Source: Squalus acanthias (taxonomy: Eukaryota). Taken from it: a stretch of DNA of 64,000 nt. The position numbers and the translations under genes are program-made. The stretch spans positions 52,886,001 through 52,950,000 of the forward strand of contig CM059437.1 of NCBI GenBank assembly GCA_030390025.1, in the 5' to 3' direction. Positions 1 to 13,712 of this stretch are shown here, piece by piece. The number at the start of each line of letters is the position of its first letter. Position 1 is the stretch's first letter. The notes below the pieces were generated by a model. It was given only the letters and a program-made list of their open reading frames with translations. It was not told the DNA's origin and did not search any database.

Positions 1-1149
1 AGTGTTTACCAAATTAAAATCCATACAAAACGTTTTAATACTATTCATTACCTTCTTTGACCAATACAGAGTTTTCATGATCATCTATGTTTAAACTCTG
101 GACAGTGTCTGTAAGAGGTCCTTCGTCCATTGTACTTGATTGATTCACGCTTGCGAAGGCAACTGGAACAGTTGGACCTGTCTGGTTTCAATGCTGAAAG
201 CAAATGTTCTGTGTAAGTATATTTTGTTTCTGTTTGCCGTCTTAGCGATTTTCACGTGGGGATTTTGCTGAGTCTGTTGAACTACAGTTGCACTGAGAAT
301 TAAAAAAAACATGGCACAGCGAAACTGTGTGAGTGTAAACAATGCCAATGTACTTAAGAAGACCGCTACTGCTGAACCAGATTAAGGATAGGCCAACCTC
401 GCACTACCACTGCTTTATAAGTCATGACTCCTGTGGGCAAGGTCACGATTGAGTTTCTAGGCGCCGTCGCGCAGAAAACCACTGCTGTTTTATTTTTTCA
501 GTAACACGAGGCAAATAGGATGACAGAATGACCTTAGCTCCATTGACCCTGTTTCAGCGTTGGTCATGACCTGCATTTGAAAGATAATAAGGGGCAGAGA
601 TATACCAATAATTCGTTTTTGCAAAAACAAAGTTTATAACCACTTTCAAAATCAGGCACAGATATATCGGAAACTGTTAAAATATATATATTCTCCTCAC
701 TTCTAATGACACAGGGTTTAGCTGTTTATAGCCTGCTCGGCTCGCTTGCAGTATAAGTCCAAAGACTGCTTTCGATTTTCCGCAGCTAATTATAATTTCC
801 AAGATCTTTTTAATTTGGGATAATGTTGTGAAAGATTGCGCATCCGTTAACTGTATAGAACAATTTCAGCAATAAATCTCCACATAAAACAGGATTTTGA
901 AAAATCCAAATCATTGGGCTATGACACACTATTGGGATGAAGTAGGGGGAGTTGTGCACTATTCCTGGCTGTCCTTGATGGTGACTTGTGGCGACAAAGT
1001 TCAAAGTGTTGACATCTTGTAGTATGCTGACCAAAATATTTACCGCTTCGAGCACCACACAAAGCAATTCTAACATTATGCTGGAATAGGTATTGGCAGA
1101 AAATTAGCTTTACAAAATAACAAGAAAGAAACCGCTTGTCATTTTAATT

Positions 1150-1300
1150 CTTCGCCCCACTCCCACTCTGAACTCTCTGTCCTTGGCCTTCTACACTGTT
1201 CTAATGAAGCTCAATGGAAGCGCGAGGAACAGCACCTCATCTTTAGATTAGCCACTTTGCAGCCTTTCGGACTCAACGTTGAGTTCAAGAATTTCAGATT
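1150..1300 (+). mobile_element. Penelope-like element fragment (GIY-YIG C-terminus)
   Basis: Translates EEQHLIFRLATLQPFGLNVEF; homologous to 29170-29270 (minus). Confidence 0.6.
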
Positions 1301-1319
1301 ATTACCACTACTCCCATTT

Positions 1320-3580
1320 ATCAAGCTCTCTCTCCTGAGTTCACTAGCCTCCTATCCTCCCTTAATCTCTCCCTCCATTTAAACTTCCCAACCAAAATTC
1401 ATGGCCATCCCCTTTACCTTGCCATCTCTTGTGGCCTCGCTACTCCCATCGTGTCAATCACAGATAAGGCCATCTCTGACCACCTCCTCGTATGGCTTGC
1501 CACCCACATCCCCCTTCCCCCCCAGCCCTACTTCCTTCTCTATCTGCCCCTGGAAAAAACTCTATCTCAACTCTCCTACAATTGAACTTACGAAATCCCA
1601 ACTTTCCAGCCTTTGGCCTTCCATTCACCACTACATTTCTGCAGCTACCGATCTGCTGAACTACACACTCACCACCACCTTTGATGCCCTAATCCCGATG
1701 AAAACAATTATTCTTTCTCACCCTGGCCGTTACCCCTGGTACGGCCCTCATCTTTACTCCCTTAAGTCCAATGGACGCAGGCTTGAACGGATATGGTGGA
1801 CAACTGGTTTAGCCATTCACCACCAGATCTGGCTGGACCAGATAAAGCATTATCGGGTCCTGCTGTCATCTTCCAAAATTGCTCACTATTCCAGACTCAT
1901 TCTGGAATGCAAAGATAAACCCCAGCTTCTATTCTCCACTGCTAACTAGCTTCCTGAACCCCTCTCCCCGTCTCATCCACCTCACCTCCGGAAACAAGTG
2001 TGAGGAGCTCTTGGACTTCTTTGTCTCTAAGATTCAGACCACCTGTTCAGCTGCCTCTGTCATTTCCCTTCCTTCCCATAGCCCACCGTGCCAAACTTCC
2101 TCTAAGGTTCCCCCCTGCCCTAGCCCTGAACTCACATCATTCTCCAATTTCTCTCCGATCTCCCCTCATGCCCTCTCTATGCTCATCTTGTCCATGAGAC
2201 CCACTTCCTGCTCCCTCGACCCTATTCCCACCAAACTGCTGACCAAACAAATTCCTTTTCTGGCTCCCATGTTAGCTAACATTGTTAATGATTCTCTCTC
2301 CTCAGGTACTGTCCCCCTGTCCCTCAAATCTGTCGTCATCACACCTCACCTCAAAAAACCCAATCCTTGGCCCCACCGGCCTTGCAAACTACAGCCCCAT
2401 CTCTAAGCTCCCTTTCCTCTCTAAAGTCTTTGAATGTGTTGTCACCTCCCAAATCCATGCCCATTTTCCCTGCAACTCTATGTTTGAATTCCTCCAATCA
2501 GGTTTTCGCCCCTGCCAAAGTACCGAAACGGCTCTCATCACAGTCACAAATGACATATTTTGTGGCTGTGACAAAGGTAAACTACCCCTCCTCGTCCTTC
2601 TTGACCTCTCAGCAGCCTTTGATACGGTTGACCACTCCATCCTCCTCCAAAATCTCTCCATCGTCGTCCAGCTGGGTGGGACTGCATTCGTCTGGTTCCA
2701 TTCTTATCTATGTAATCGTAGCCAGAGTATCACCTGCAATGGCTTCTCTTCCTGCTCCCGCATCATTACCTCTGGTGTCCCCGAAGGATCTATCTTTGGC
2801 ACACACCTATTTCTCATCTACATGCTGACCCTTGCTGACATCATCTGAAAACACAGTGTCAGTTTCCACAAGTACGCTGACGACACCCAGCTCTACCTCA
2901 CCACCATTTCTCTCGACCCCTCTATGGTCTCTAAATTGTCAGAGTGCTTGTCTGACACCCAGTTCTGGATGAGCATAAATTTTCTCCAATTAAATATTGG
3001 GTAGACTGAAGCTATTGTTTTCGGTGCCCGCCACAACCTCTTGGTGTCATATTTGACACTGAAATGAGCTTCCAACCACATATCTGTGGCATAACTAAGA
3101 CCGCCTATTTTCACCTCCATAACATCACCCATCTCCGCCCTTGCCTCAGTTTATCCGCTGCTGAAACCCTCATCCATACCTTTGGACTTGACTATTCCAA
3201 TGCACTCCTGGCTGGCCTCCCACGGTCTGCCTTATTTAAAGCTGAGTTCATCCAAAACTCGGCTGCCCGTGTCCTAACTCACACCAAGTCCCGTTCACCC
3301 ATCACCCCTGTGCTCGCTGGCCTACATTGTCTCCCGGTTAAGCAACGCCTCGATTTCAAGATTCTCATCCTTGTTTTCAAATCCCTCCATGGCCTCGCCC
3401 CTCGCCTTTTTCTGTAATCTCCTCCAGTCCCAGAACCTCCCTAAGATATCTGTGCTCCTCTTATTCTGCCCTCTTGAGAATCCCTGATTATAATTCCTCA
3501 ACCATTGGTGGCCGTGCCTTCAGTTGCCTGGGCCCTAAACTCTGGAATTCCCTGCCTAAACCTCTCCGTCTGTCTACCCC
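1320..3580 (+). mobile_element. Decayed L2-clade LINE ORF2 (reverse transcriptase)
   Basis: SCSLDPIP, FLQSGFR, LLDLSAAFDTVDH, GVPEGS, YADD, LDYSNALLAGLP across broken frames. Confidence 0.85.
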
Positions 3581-4890
3581 TCTTGATGCCACAGGCGATG
3601 GCTACGATCTGCTCTTCCACGGTAAGGATGGCCACCTGCATGGAGCATCAAATGCGCCAGTCGAACGAATGCATGCTTGCTGTGAACAACAGTTTTCAGA
3701 CTCTGATTGCAGCAATATCCAGATGGATAGAAACCTAGAGTTGGCTGTTCATCGCCCCACTGATGTGCACCAAAGTGCTCTCCATCTCCTTGCTAGCAGG
3801 GAGGTGCGGGTGGGCCATGAGAGGGATGATGGTGAGAGGGGACATGGAAGTGAGGGCTCTGCTCAAAGTGCTCCCAGTTCACCCCGGTTGCCCATCCCCA
3901 GTCACAGCCCCAGATGCTGTTTAGGATCCCGATGGCCGGGTCTGCCCCTGCACAGTTGCAGGAGAAACAGCCTTTGCCGGGGCCCTCATAAGCTCCAAAA
4001 TCCAGAGGACGTCCGCCAAAAGTGTCTAAGCAGTCAGAGCAGGGAAGTGAGCAGCCTACCTCTGCCCATGCTGAAGCTATCTCGTAGAAGTAGTAGAAAA
4101 ATAAAAAAGGACACAATTGTAGATGCACAAGTAGATGCACATGGGTGTGTTATAAAATGTTAGAGTGTTAAGTTTATTCCCGTCTTGTCCATTTTTGCCA
4201 GCTACCTGGAAAGTGGCCTTGTCAGTTGAAGTGAATGGTAAGACATTACTTAACTTCGAGCAATGGATGTCTGTGACAGGAACGGTTGGTCATTTTGGAC
4301 TGCTTTGTGGTAGTGGTGTGGTTGGGGGTGGGGCGGGGCGGGGGTAGTTGTTTCAGCATCTGGGTGTCATATGGGTGCACTGGTGCAATTTAACTAAATG
4401 GTGCCATTATGAGGCCATCCCGGGCCTCCCGGGCAGCAATAATCGCCACTGCTGGTGCTACTTCCACTTTAGGTTGCTCTCCGCCCACCCCCACCACCTC
4501 CTCGCATTCCTCCTGCTCCTCCTCCTCATTCTGGAGACCCTGGCTGGTGCGTATTAAAGGGCTCCTCCAGATCTGTCAAGGCATCTGAAGCGCATCTTCA
4601 GCATCCCGACTGCTTCCTCTATGACACATCTCGTCGTCATCTGGCTTTGGTTATAGTGCTCTTCTGCATCATTGCTTGGTCTCCTCAAGGGTGTCCTCAG
4701 CCACGTCTTCGTTAAATACCCCTTGTCTCCAAGCAGCCAGCCAGTTAGTCTGTCGGAGGTGTGAAGAGCTGCGGGAGGGTGGACTGGCGCAGGATGAATG
4801 AGTCATGACAGCTCCCTGGGAATCTGGCACACACATACATGATGATCTTTTTGTGGTTGCAGACGAGCTGCACATTGAGGGAGTCAGGAG
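3580..4890. mobile_element. PIF/Harbinger remnant (transposase DDE part on minus strand ~4550-4885)
   Basis: Minus strand reads SLNVQLVC...[13 protein letters not shown]...WLLGDKG...[15 protein letters not shown]. Confidence 0.75.
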
Positions 4891-5930
4891 TCAGGGGACA
4901 AGTAACAGAATGGATAGCAAACTGGCTAGATAACAGAAAACAGAGAATAGGGGTTCAAAGTGGTTACTCAGATTGGCAAATGGAGGGAAGTGATAACCCA
5001 CAATGATCAGTGCTGGGACCACTGTTGTTCATTACTTACATAAACGATTTGGACTCAGGAATCGGAGGTACAATTTCAAAATTTGCGGATGGCACCAAAT
5101 TTTGGGGTGTAACTAATATAGAGGAGGACTGCACCAAAATACAGGAAGGTATTAATAAACTGGCAGAATGGACATGTAATTGGCAAATGAACTTCAATAT
5201 AGATAATTGTGAGGTAGTCCTTTTTGATTTTTCTTCTAATGTCATGTCCACTAAATGAGGGATCAGCGGGAACAGATACACAAATCACTAAAAATAACGA
5301 CACAGGTTAATAAGGCCATAAAAAGCAAACAAAGCAGTGGGGTCCATTTCTAGAGGGATGGAATTGAAAAGCAGATAAGTTATGTTAAACTTGTATGGAA
5401 CGTTGGTTAGATCATACTAGGAGTACTGTGAACAGTTCTGGTCTCCATAGTATAAAAAGGATAAGATTTACAAGAATCATAACAGAACTGAGAGATTATA
5501 CCTATCAGGGAAGAGTGAACAGACGGGGGCTCTTTTCTCTCGAAAAGAGAAGACGGAGTGGTGACCTGATAGAGATCTTTAATATTATGATAGGGTTTGA
5601 TATCGTAGAAGTAGAGAATAATTTTCCACCTGCGGGTGACACCAGAACTAGGAGCCAGAAATATGTCACTAATAAATTCAATAGGACATTCAGGAGAAAC
5701 TTCTTCACCCAGAGAGTAGTTAGAATGTGGAATTCGCTACCACAAGGAGTAATTAAGACGAATAGCATAAGACGATGCATTTAAGGGGAAGCACTTGAGG
5801 ATGAAAGGAATAGAAGGATATGTTGATGGGTGATAGATGAAGAAAGGTGGGAGGAGGCTCGTGTGGAGCATAAATTCAACATGGACTTGTAGGATCGAAT
5901 GGCCTGTTTCTGTGCTTTAAATACTTTATA
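4890..5930 (+). mobile_element. CR1 LINE 3' fragment
   Basis: LGPLLF..YINDLD..SKFADGTK; RRNFFTQRVVRMWNSLP. Confidence 0.85.
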
Positions 5931-8428
5931 ATAATTGATCATACTTTGTAAAACTAGTGCTACTCTGAGAGCAATTCTAATAGCATAATGGCATCACCAA
6001 AATGTTAACTCCGTTTCCAACAGCTCTGTACAGCTAGTTGACTTATAATTAAATATCGCAATAATATATTAGGCATTGATTGAAAAAATGCAACTTTGCT
6101 TTTTAGAATTAACGATTCGATTTATTATGCGGAAAACAAAAAAGGAAGTAAATGTGAAAACCAATGTTGGAAATGGTTCGGGATTCTGCAGTGATCGCAA
6201 ACAGAAGCTGTCGTTACACTTCTATTCCAGAGGATGGCGCTGTTACACAGCATAACTGAGAAAGAAGGTACCAAATACATACCACAGAAAATGGTTTCTG
6301 ATGCACAGGAACGCATTTAAAATTTACAACGTTGACAGATTGGTCTGCAAGACGAAACGCATCATTGCATTTAAGAGCAAGAGATGAATTTTCCTGCAAC
6401 CAACAAGATCCTGTAAAATGCATCTCACTGAGAAAGTATAGACCGTATAGCGAAGGTAGTGGTACTAAATGAAGCGAGGTTTTGTGAGAACTTTTCACTC
6501 TTCCATCAACCTTTCCACACATATTCGCTAGTTGATTTATACGGCAGAGATCACAGTACCAATCAGAGGAGCTGGCCAATGCAAAATGCTTGCAATCCTT
6601 AAAGAACAAAGACAAAATCACGCAGCAGATTTGTTTGAGATTTTAATTAATTTGTCCTCTCAGTACCATTGTTAACGCACCATATTCCGTGGCAACGTGT
6701 ACATAAGTGCCTGACATATCAAACACGGCATCGGTCACCTGGGTGATGCATTTGTGGGCGGCCGACTGCGAGATCCTGCAAATATCTGCTGCAGATCCCT
6801 GGAAGGAGCCTGAGGTGAAGAAGTTCAGGGCGGTGGTGACTTTGACAGCCACTGGTAATGTGTCTCCAACAGGCCCCCTTGGCAGCAGGTCTTGTTCCAG
6901 CAGACTACAAATGTCTGTCACGACCTGACATGGTAGCCTGAGCCTCCTGAGGCACTGCTGTTCAGTCCTGTCCAGGAAGCTTATCCTCTGCCAATATACA
7001 CTGTGTTGGGGGTATCGCCCCCTGCGAGGTGCATATCTGTGCTCATCATTCTATCCTGTGGAGCAGCAGGTCGGTGACGAGAAGTCAATGGGGTTCATTT
7101 CTAGAGGGGTGGATTTGAAAAGCAGATAAGTTATGTTAAACTTGTATGGGGCATACTTGGAGTACTGTGAACAGTTCTGGTCTCCATATTATAAAAAGGA
7201 TAAGATTTACAAGATTCATAACAGAACTGAATGGTTATGCCTATCAGGAAAGAGTGAACAGGCTGGGGCTCTTTTCTCTAGAAAAGAGAAGGCTGAGGGG
7301 TGATCTGATAGAAATATTTTAGATCATGAAAGAGTTTGGTAGAGTAGACGTAAAAAATATTTTTCCACCTGCGTGTGACACCAGAGCTAGGAGCCATAAA
7401 TATCAGATAGTCACTAATAAATTCAATAGGACATTCAGGAGAGACATCTTCACCCAGAGAGTAGTTAGAATGTGGAATTCGCTACCACAAGGAGTAATTA
7501 AGACGAATAGCATAGATGCATTTAAGGGGATGCTAGATAAGCACATGAGGGAGAAAGGAATAGAAGGATATGTTGATGGGTGATAGTTAAAAAAGGTGGG
7601 AGGAGGCTCGTGTGGAGCATAAATTCAAAATGGACCTGTAAGACCGAATGGCCCGTTTCTGTGCTTAAACATTTTTTAATAAATGGTCATACTTTGTAAT
7701 ACTAGTGCTACTCTGAGAGCAATACTAATAGCATAATGGCATCACCAAAATGTTAACTCCATTTCCAACAACTCTACAGCTAGTTGAATTATAATTAAAT
7801 ATCGCAATAATATATTAAGCATTGATTGAAAAATGCTAGTTTACTTTTTAGAATTAACAATTCGATTTATTACGCGGAAAACAAAAAAGGAAGCAAATAT
7901 GAAAACCAATGTTGGAAATGGTTCGGTATTCTGCAGTGATCGCAAACAGAAACTGTAGTTACAGGTCTGTTCCAGAGGATGGCGCTGTTACACAGCATAA
8001 CTGAGAAAGAAGGTACCAATACGTACCACAGAAAAAGGTTTCTGATGCACAGGAACGGATTTAAAATTTACAACGTTGACAGATTGGTCTGTAAGACGAA
8101 ACGCATCATTACATTTAAGAGCAAGAGATGAATTTTCCTGCAACCAGCAAGATCCTGTAAAATGCATCTCGCTGAGAAAGTATAGGCCGTATCGTGAAGG
8201 TAGTGGTACTAAATGGAGCGAGGATTTGTGCGAACTTTTCACTCTTCCGTCAACCTTTCCACTCATATTCGCTAGTTGATTTTCACGTCAGAGATGACAG
8301 TACCAATCAGAGGAGCTGGCCAGTACAAAATGCTTGCAATACAAGAACAAGACAAAATCACGCAGCTGATTTGTTTGAGATTTTAATTAATTTATCCTCT
8401 CAGTACCATTTTTAACGCACCATGTTCC
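5337..8428 (+). repeat. ~1.34 kb direct duplication (5337-6688 and 7088-8428)
   Basis: Both copies have the same CR1 3' end plus ~750 bp of non-LINE sequence, ending ctcagtaccatt.ttaacgcaccat.ttcc. Confidence 0.9.
6690..7085 (-). mobile_element. Harbinger (HARBI1-like) transposase N-terminal fragment
   Basis: [44 protein letters not shown]. Confidence 0.8.
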
Positions 8429-8429
8429 A

Positions 8430-9810
8430 CCGCGCTGTCAACTCTGGTCTACGCCCAGAGAGGCGCAATCAGGGCGCAAAATAAATACGCGTCCAAAAAT
8501 AATTGCGGAATTATGGCATAAGTGATTATGACTCATCAGTACAACGCGCCCAAATCTCCCTCATCCCTTATGACCATTTATTGATCCCTCTGGCAGAACA
8601 CCTCTCTGCCCATAACAATGGCGCCGTCTCTAAGTGACAGATGCGAGTTTCTTGCAATTCGGTTTGATCGGAGGATCTTTGCAAATGGGACCAGATTTTC
8701 AGCTTCACAGGCAACAGTAGTCACCTGAAGCAGGCACAAATCAGCCCCTCCAGGAACCAATGAATATATTCTCATATTTTGTTACCACAGAAAGCCATTT
8801 TAAACTCGATTGTAGAAATAAAAAATGGATCTTTTGCTGTCTCTAACCTCTGCTTTATATTATAATGGAGGAAGAAGAGGACTAGAGATAGGCGACGCGG
8901 AGAGTGATGTACCACAGCGGAGACAACCCCCCACACGCAAGCGCCCCGCCCAGAGACTGTATAGGCCTCGACTCACATTCCAGGAGCTATCTGGGGTGCT
9001 GACTGCGCGATGGCTGCACTTTACAAAGGAGGGGTCGACTGACTATGTGACTTGCTCTGAGTCACCCCAACCCTTCTCCTCCTCCATCTCCTCCTTGCCC
9101 CCCGGCTCCTCAAAGACTGCATTCCGGCGTCTTGGCCTGACCATTGGATGAAAATAAAGAGTTAGCTTGGCTGTTCTTCTCAGTCCTGAAATGCCCCGTG
9201 GATGGGAGCGGCGGGGGGCGGGGGGGGGGGGGAGTGGTTGGGGGATGGGGTGGTGGAGTGTGGGGAAGCCTGGACCGTTGTCCTTCCCTTGAGCACTGAG
9301 AAATAACAAGCGGACAGGTACTCACCTCGCTCTGGGTTCTTCCCCCACCCACGTTTCGGTCCAACGCAGCCACAGTGGTATGGCAGTCCAGCAGCTCCAC
9401 ATCCTTCTGCTGGTGGGAGTGAGGCGGTCAGAGAGCAGAAGTTTTTGACCCCCCCCCCCCTTTATCTTTGTCCTCTCCCTGGGTATCATGCATATTCTTG
9501 CCCTGCAAAGAAAGGTTAGGCTTGCGAAGTAGAAAGGTAGAGCATGGTGAGTGTTTTAGCTTCCAGACTCTGGTCAGGTCATTGAATTTCTTGTAGCACT
9601 GCTCCACCGTTCTGGACACTATGGTTGTGGCACTCTGTGCCTCTGCCACCTCGATCCACGCCCAGCTCTCAACTGCATGTGAGGGTTGGGATTTGCGGGA
9701 GCTGAGGAGTGGTCACGTCTTCCCTTGATCTCGTCCAAGAGGGCCTGCTGGTCTCGGTCAGTAGCAGTGAAAGCCCTTTCCCTGGTAGAGTTCTCCTGCG
9801 ATTCAGTCAT
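8430..9810. mobile_element. Internally deleted Harbinger-like remnant (transposase start on +, Myb/SANT-like gene on -)
   Basis: RLYRPRLTF (8825-9050, +); QALLDEIKGRRD and RTVEQCYKKFNDL (9560-9810, -). Confidence 0.55.
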
Positions 9811-10724
9811 CTGTGAGAATGGAACAGTTCGAGCAAATTAGGAACAATTTAAGTGAATTAATTTGAAATCTTTTTATGAAAGAGAGCCGTGTGGTAATTA
9901 TGTTGTACTTTCCAGTCTGGCTCTGAAGGAAAACTTTCTTGTTCCTCCACTATTGTATTCTACCGTTGCACCGTGAGACCCTATTGCTTTAGTTCCAATT
10001 ACGTTCAAACCACGTTGGACAATTACACGGATTCATGCCCCTCTCATCAGATTTGCATGACATTTGAGTGTAATTTGACATCGACAGAATGGGAGCATAT
10101 TTGGGTCTAACTTCCAGGTTACATCCACGGAGGATATTCCAGGCAATGTTCATCACTATGTTTATGTCAGATATGGAAGTTTCCTGGCCCACTTTTTCCC
10201 GTTTCCTCAAGGCTAGGTTCCGTTCGCTCATAGATAGCTCATCCAAGTAGCCACAATTAATATGTGACCTTAATAACAGCTGTTGCCGGGTCAATTGGAT
10301 AGCAGTGGGCATCACATCTCAGCCGATCCCTCAAAACACTGACATGGGCACTTCAGAACGAAATGCCGGATGATGACAAGGAGCGGGAAACTTGGACAAC
10401 CCCCAGAGAACCCAACTCTAGCCATGCCACTGTTCAAACTGAAAGAGGCCAACTCAACACAGGTAACGAGTGATTCTGGGATCTTGCTGCTCACTGTATG
10501 TAGTGTCTGAGCCATCAAGGCAGCCTCCATACATTTGCGTATCTGGCAATTCATCGATGAAGATGACAAATAGAATTGGTTGGAACATTATTCCTCCTTC
10601 ATGTGCTTCACTACTGGCGTTGCGATTAACACTGACAGTCAATCACATATTTATTGCTTGACAAAATTCCCGAACGGCCAATGATTTGCACGGGAAGCAT
10701 TGTATTAAGATTGTCCAAAATGAC

Positions 10725-12125
10725 ATAGGAACATAGGAACAGAAGTAGGTCGTTTGCCGCTCGAGCCTGTTCTGCCATTCAATGAGATAATGGCTCACAT
10801 GTGACCTAACTCCATATACCCGCCTTTGCCCTATATCCCTTAATACCTTTGGTTAACAAAAATCTATCAATCTCAGATTTAAAATTAACATTTGACCTAC
10901 CATCAATTGCCGTTTGTGGAGGAGAATTCCAAACTTCTGCCACTCTTTGAGTGTAGAAGTAGTTCCTAACTTCACTCCTGAAAGGCCTGGCTTTAATCTT
11001 TAGACTATGCCCCAAGCCCTAGATGCCCTAACCAGCAGAAATAATTTTTCTCTATCTACCCTATCAGTTTCCCTTAATATCTTGAAAACTTCGATCAAAT
11101 CACCCATTAACCTTCTAAATTCCAGGGAATACAACCCTAGTTTGTTTAATCTCTCCTCGTAATTTAACCCTTGGGGTCCAGGTATAATTCTGGTAAATCT
11201 ACGCTGCACTCCCTCCAAGGCCAATTTATCCTTCCTAAGGTGTGGTGCCTAGAACTGCTCACAGTACTCCAGGTGTGGTCTAACAAGGGTTTTGTATAGC
11301 TGGAGCATAACGTCTACCCTCTTGTAGTCTATTCCTCTAGATATAAATGCCAGAATTCCATTAGCGTTTTTGATTATGACATTTTAATGATCTTTGTACA
11401 TGGACACCCAAGTCTCTTTGGACCTCCACTTTTTCTAACTTTTCACCATTTAGAAAGTACTCTGTTCTATCCTTTTTATGTCCAAAATGAATGACCTCAC
11501 ATTTGCCTACATTGAAATCCATTTGCCACAGTTTTGCCCATATGCTTAACCTATTAATATATCATTGTAATGTTATGCTTCCATCTACACTGCTTACAAT
11601 GGCGCCTATCTTTGTGTCATCGACAAACATGGATATCTGGTTTTCTATCTTATCATCTAAGTCGTTAATATATACGGAGAATAGTTGAGGCCCCAACACA
11701 GATACTTGCGGGATACCACTAGTCACATCCTGGCAATTAGAGTACCTGTCCATTATCCCTACTCTCTGTCTCCTGCCACTCAACCAATTTCCCAACCAGA
11801 TCAATAAGTTGCCTTTAATTCCACGAGCTTCCCCTTTAGCTAACAGTCTTTGATGGACTTTATCAAATGCCTTCTGGAAGTCCAAATAAATAACATCCAG
11901 AGACATACCCTGTCCAGTATTTTAGTCACATCTTGAAAAAATTCAATCAGGTTTCTTCGGCATGACATACCCTTTACAAATCCATCCTGGCTATCCCTAA
12001 TCAGCTGAAAGTTTTCAAGGTGTTCAGTCACTCTGTCCTTAATTATCGACTCTAGTAATTTCCAGACATCAGATGTTAGGCTAATTGTTCCATAAATCCC
12101 GCGTTTCCCTTTCTCGTCTTTCTTA
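10725..12125 (-). mobile_element. CR1 LINE RT/3' fragment
   Basis: DVIYLDFQKAFDKV, LGPQLF, FVDDTK, ALEGVQRRFTR; microsatellite tail near 10725. Confidence 0.9.
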
Positions 12126-12659
12126 AATAAATGTATTTCCTTTTATCTGAAATCATTGTTCACACTGTCAATGGCAATCGCCCTGATTCCAGATTGAAGG
12201 CAGGTGGGTACATGAGAGCCCGATATCCTCAGCAGTGTGATCGCCGACCATGACAAATCACGCAATCAATGCAACTCATACGAGTTGTTGTTAGCATACT
12301 GGAGAAAGAACTCGAAAAAGGACAGCCACTGGATCCCGTTGATACTTTCATAACATTCAGATGCCCCAATGCAAAGGTGGCATGGACCACAGCTAATTAC
12401 TAATCAAAGTTAAAAGAAAAGAATGATTTCATGAAATCAAAATATAAGCCGTGCCCATCAGGGGTGAAGGGAAGAGAAAAAAATCAGACCGGAGAGGACT
12501 GAGGGATGTGTGTGTGGGAGGGGTGCGAGGGAAGCAGAGACGAGAGAGACACATATAGGATAGAGAGATGGGATGAAGAAATGGAGAGGGCTGAGGGGAC
12601 AAAACAACTGAGGTACCAGGGAAAGACAGCGCGCAGTGTAGGAGAAAGAAACGAAAGAT

Positions 12660-12995
12660 TTGCGTTTACATAGCACCGGTTCACATTGCCCGGAAAATTT
12701 GTAAGTTTAGTCACTGTTTTGTTGGCACCTGCGCACAGCAGGATCCCACGAATACCAATGCGTTGAATATCCAGTTAATCCGTTTTATGATGTTTTTGGA
12801 TGGGTAATGCTTAGCTAAGATATCGGAAAAGTTTTCTGAAGTTTATCAAAAAGTATTATAGGATCTTTGAAGTTTACGAGAACAGGCAGGCTAACCTTGA
12901 TTAACCACTGATAATTCAGCAGTCCCTCAATACTGGCACTGAAATATTAATCTCAAATCAAGTCCTGGAGTGGGGCTTGAAATCCACAACCTTCT
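12660..12995 (-). mobile_element. Degenerate tRNA-derived SINE (Deu-domain-like)
   Basis: Recognised shark SINE pattern ending ggagtggggcttgaa..cacaacc; family name from memory only. Confidence 0.45.
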
Positions 12996-13149
12996 AACGC
13001 AGAAGCGGAGCGATCGAGGAGCAGAGAGGAATATAGCTAGAGACAGAAATAGAGGTTGGGAGACTGGAGTGAGAGGGACAACATGGAAGAGACACAAAAA
13101 TCGGAGCAGCAGAGGATTCGTCGTGAGTAAGGCTACAGGGGATCTATTA

Positions 13150-13360
13150 GCAGTCATAGAAATTGATAATGCGACACTTGGCGGAAGCAGAATTAATAGT
13201 AACTTTCAAAAGGGAATTCGACATACAATTGAAAAGGAAGACATTGCGGTGTTTTTGGAAAGAGTTTGGGGGGGGGGGGACTAAATGGATAGCTCCTTCA
13301 GCCGGCACAGGTGCGCTGACCTGAATGGCCTCCTCCTGTGCTGTACGTTTCTATGATTCT
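13150..13360 (+). mobile_element. Short CR1 3' end upstream of cluster 1 promoter
   Basis: gaatggcctcctcctgtgctgta...ttctatgattct terminus. Confidence 0.6.
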
Positions 13361-13506
13361 AATCCCATTTACCAGGTAAATTACTTCTATGCATTTCTAG
13401 AGTGTGCCTGCGAGAGTATTACAGTTTGTACCAACAGAAATATTTCCTTCCTCGTATTTTCTGACAGTCGAACAGAATTTGAGATAGTCTTTGAATCTCA
13501 GAGGCG

Positions 13507-13539
13507 CTGATTGGCTCGCATGAAAAGACTAATTTGCAT
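13507..13539 (+). promoter_or_regulatory. IgL cluster 1 promoter: inverted CCAAT (CTGATTGG) + octamer ATTTGCAT (13532-13539)
   Basis: Light-chain-orientation octamer ~125 bp upstream of ATG; same module in all three clusters. Confidence 0.85.
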
Positions 13540-13663
13540 CCCTACACACAACTCGGCAACGCCTTCTTGGTGACACGGTTGATAAAAACAGTTCGAGATT
13601 CAGACAGTTAACCCATCTTGTCAGGTAACTGTCGATATTGAGAGCCTCATTAAACGCTTCGCC

Positions 13664-13712
13664 ATGTCTGACTGGGTCCATGTTGTCAATGTGCTCATAC
13701 TTTGCGTGGCAT
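13664..13712 (+). CDS. IGL: IgL cluster 1 leader exon (MSDWVHVVNVLILCVA)
   Basis: gccATG context, hydrophobic 16 codons +1 nt, donor GTGAGT at 13713. Confidence 0.9.

Noticed and set aside
10051-10058. Isolated ATTTGCAT octamer as a fourth Ig promoter
   Set aside because: No CCAAT at the conserved spacing and no leader or V exon downstream; expected by chance
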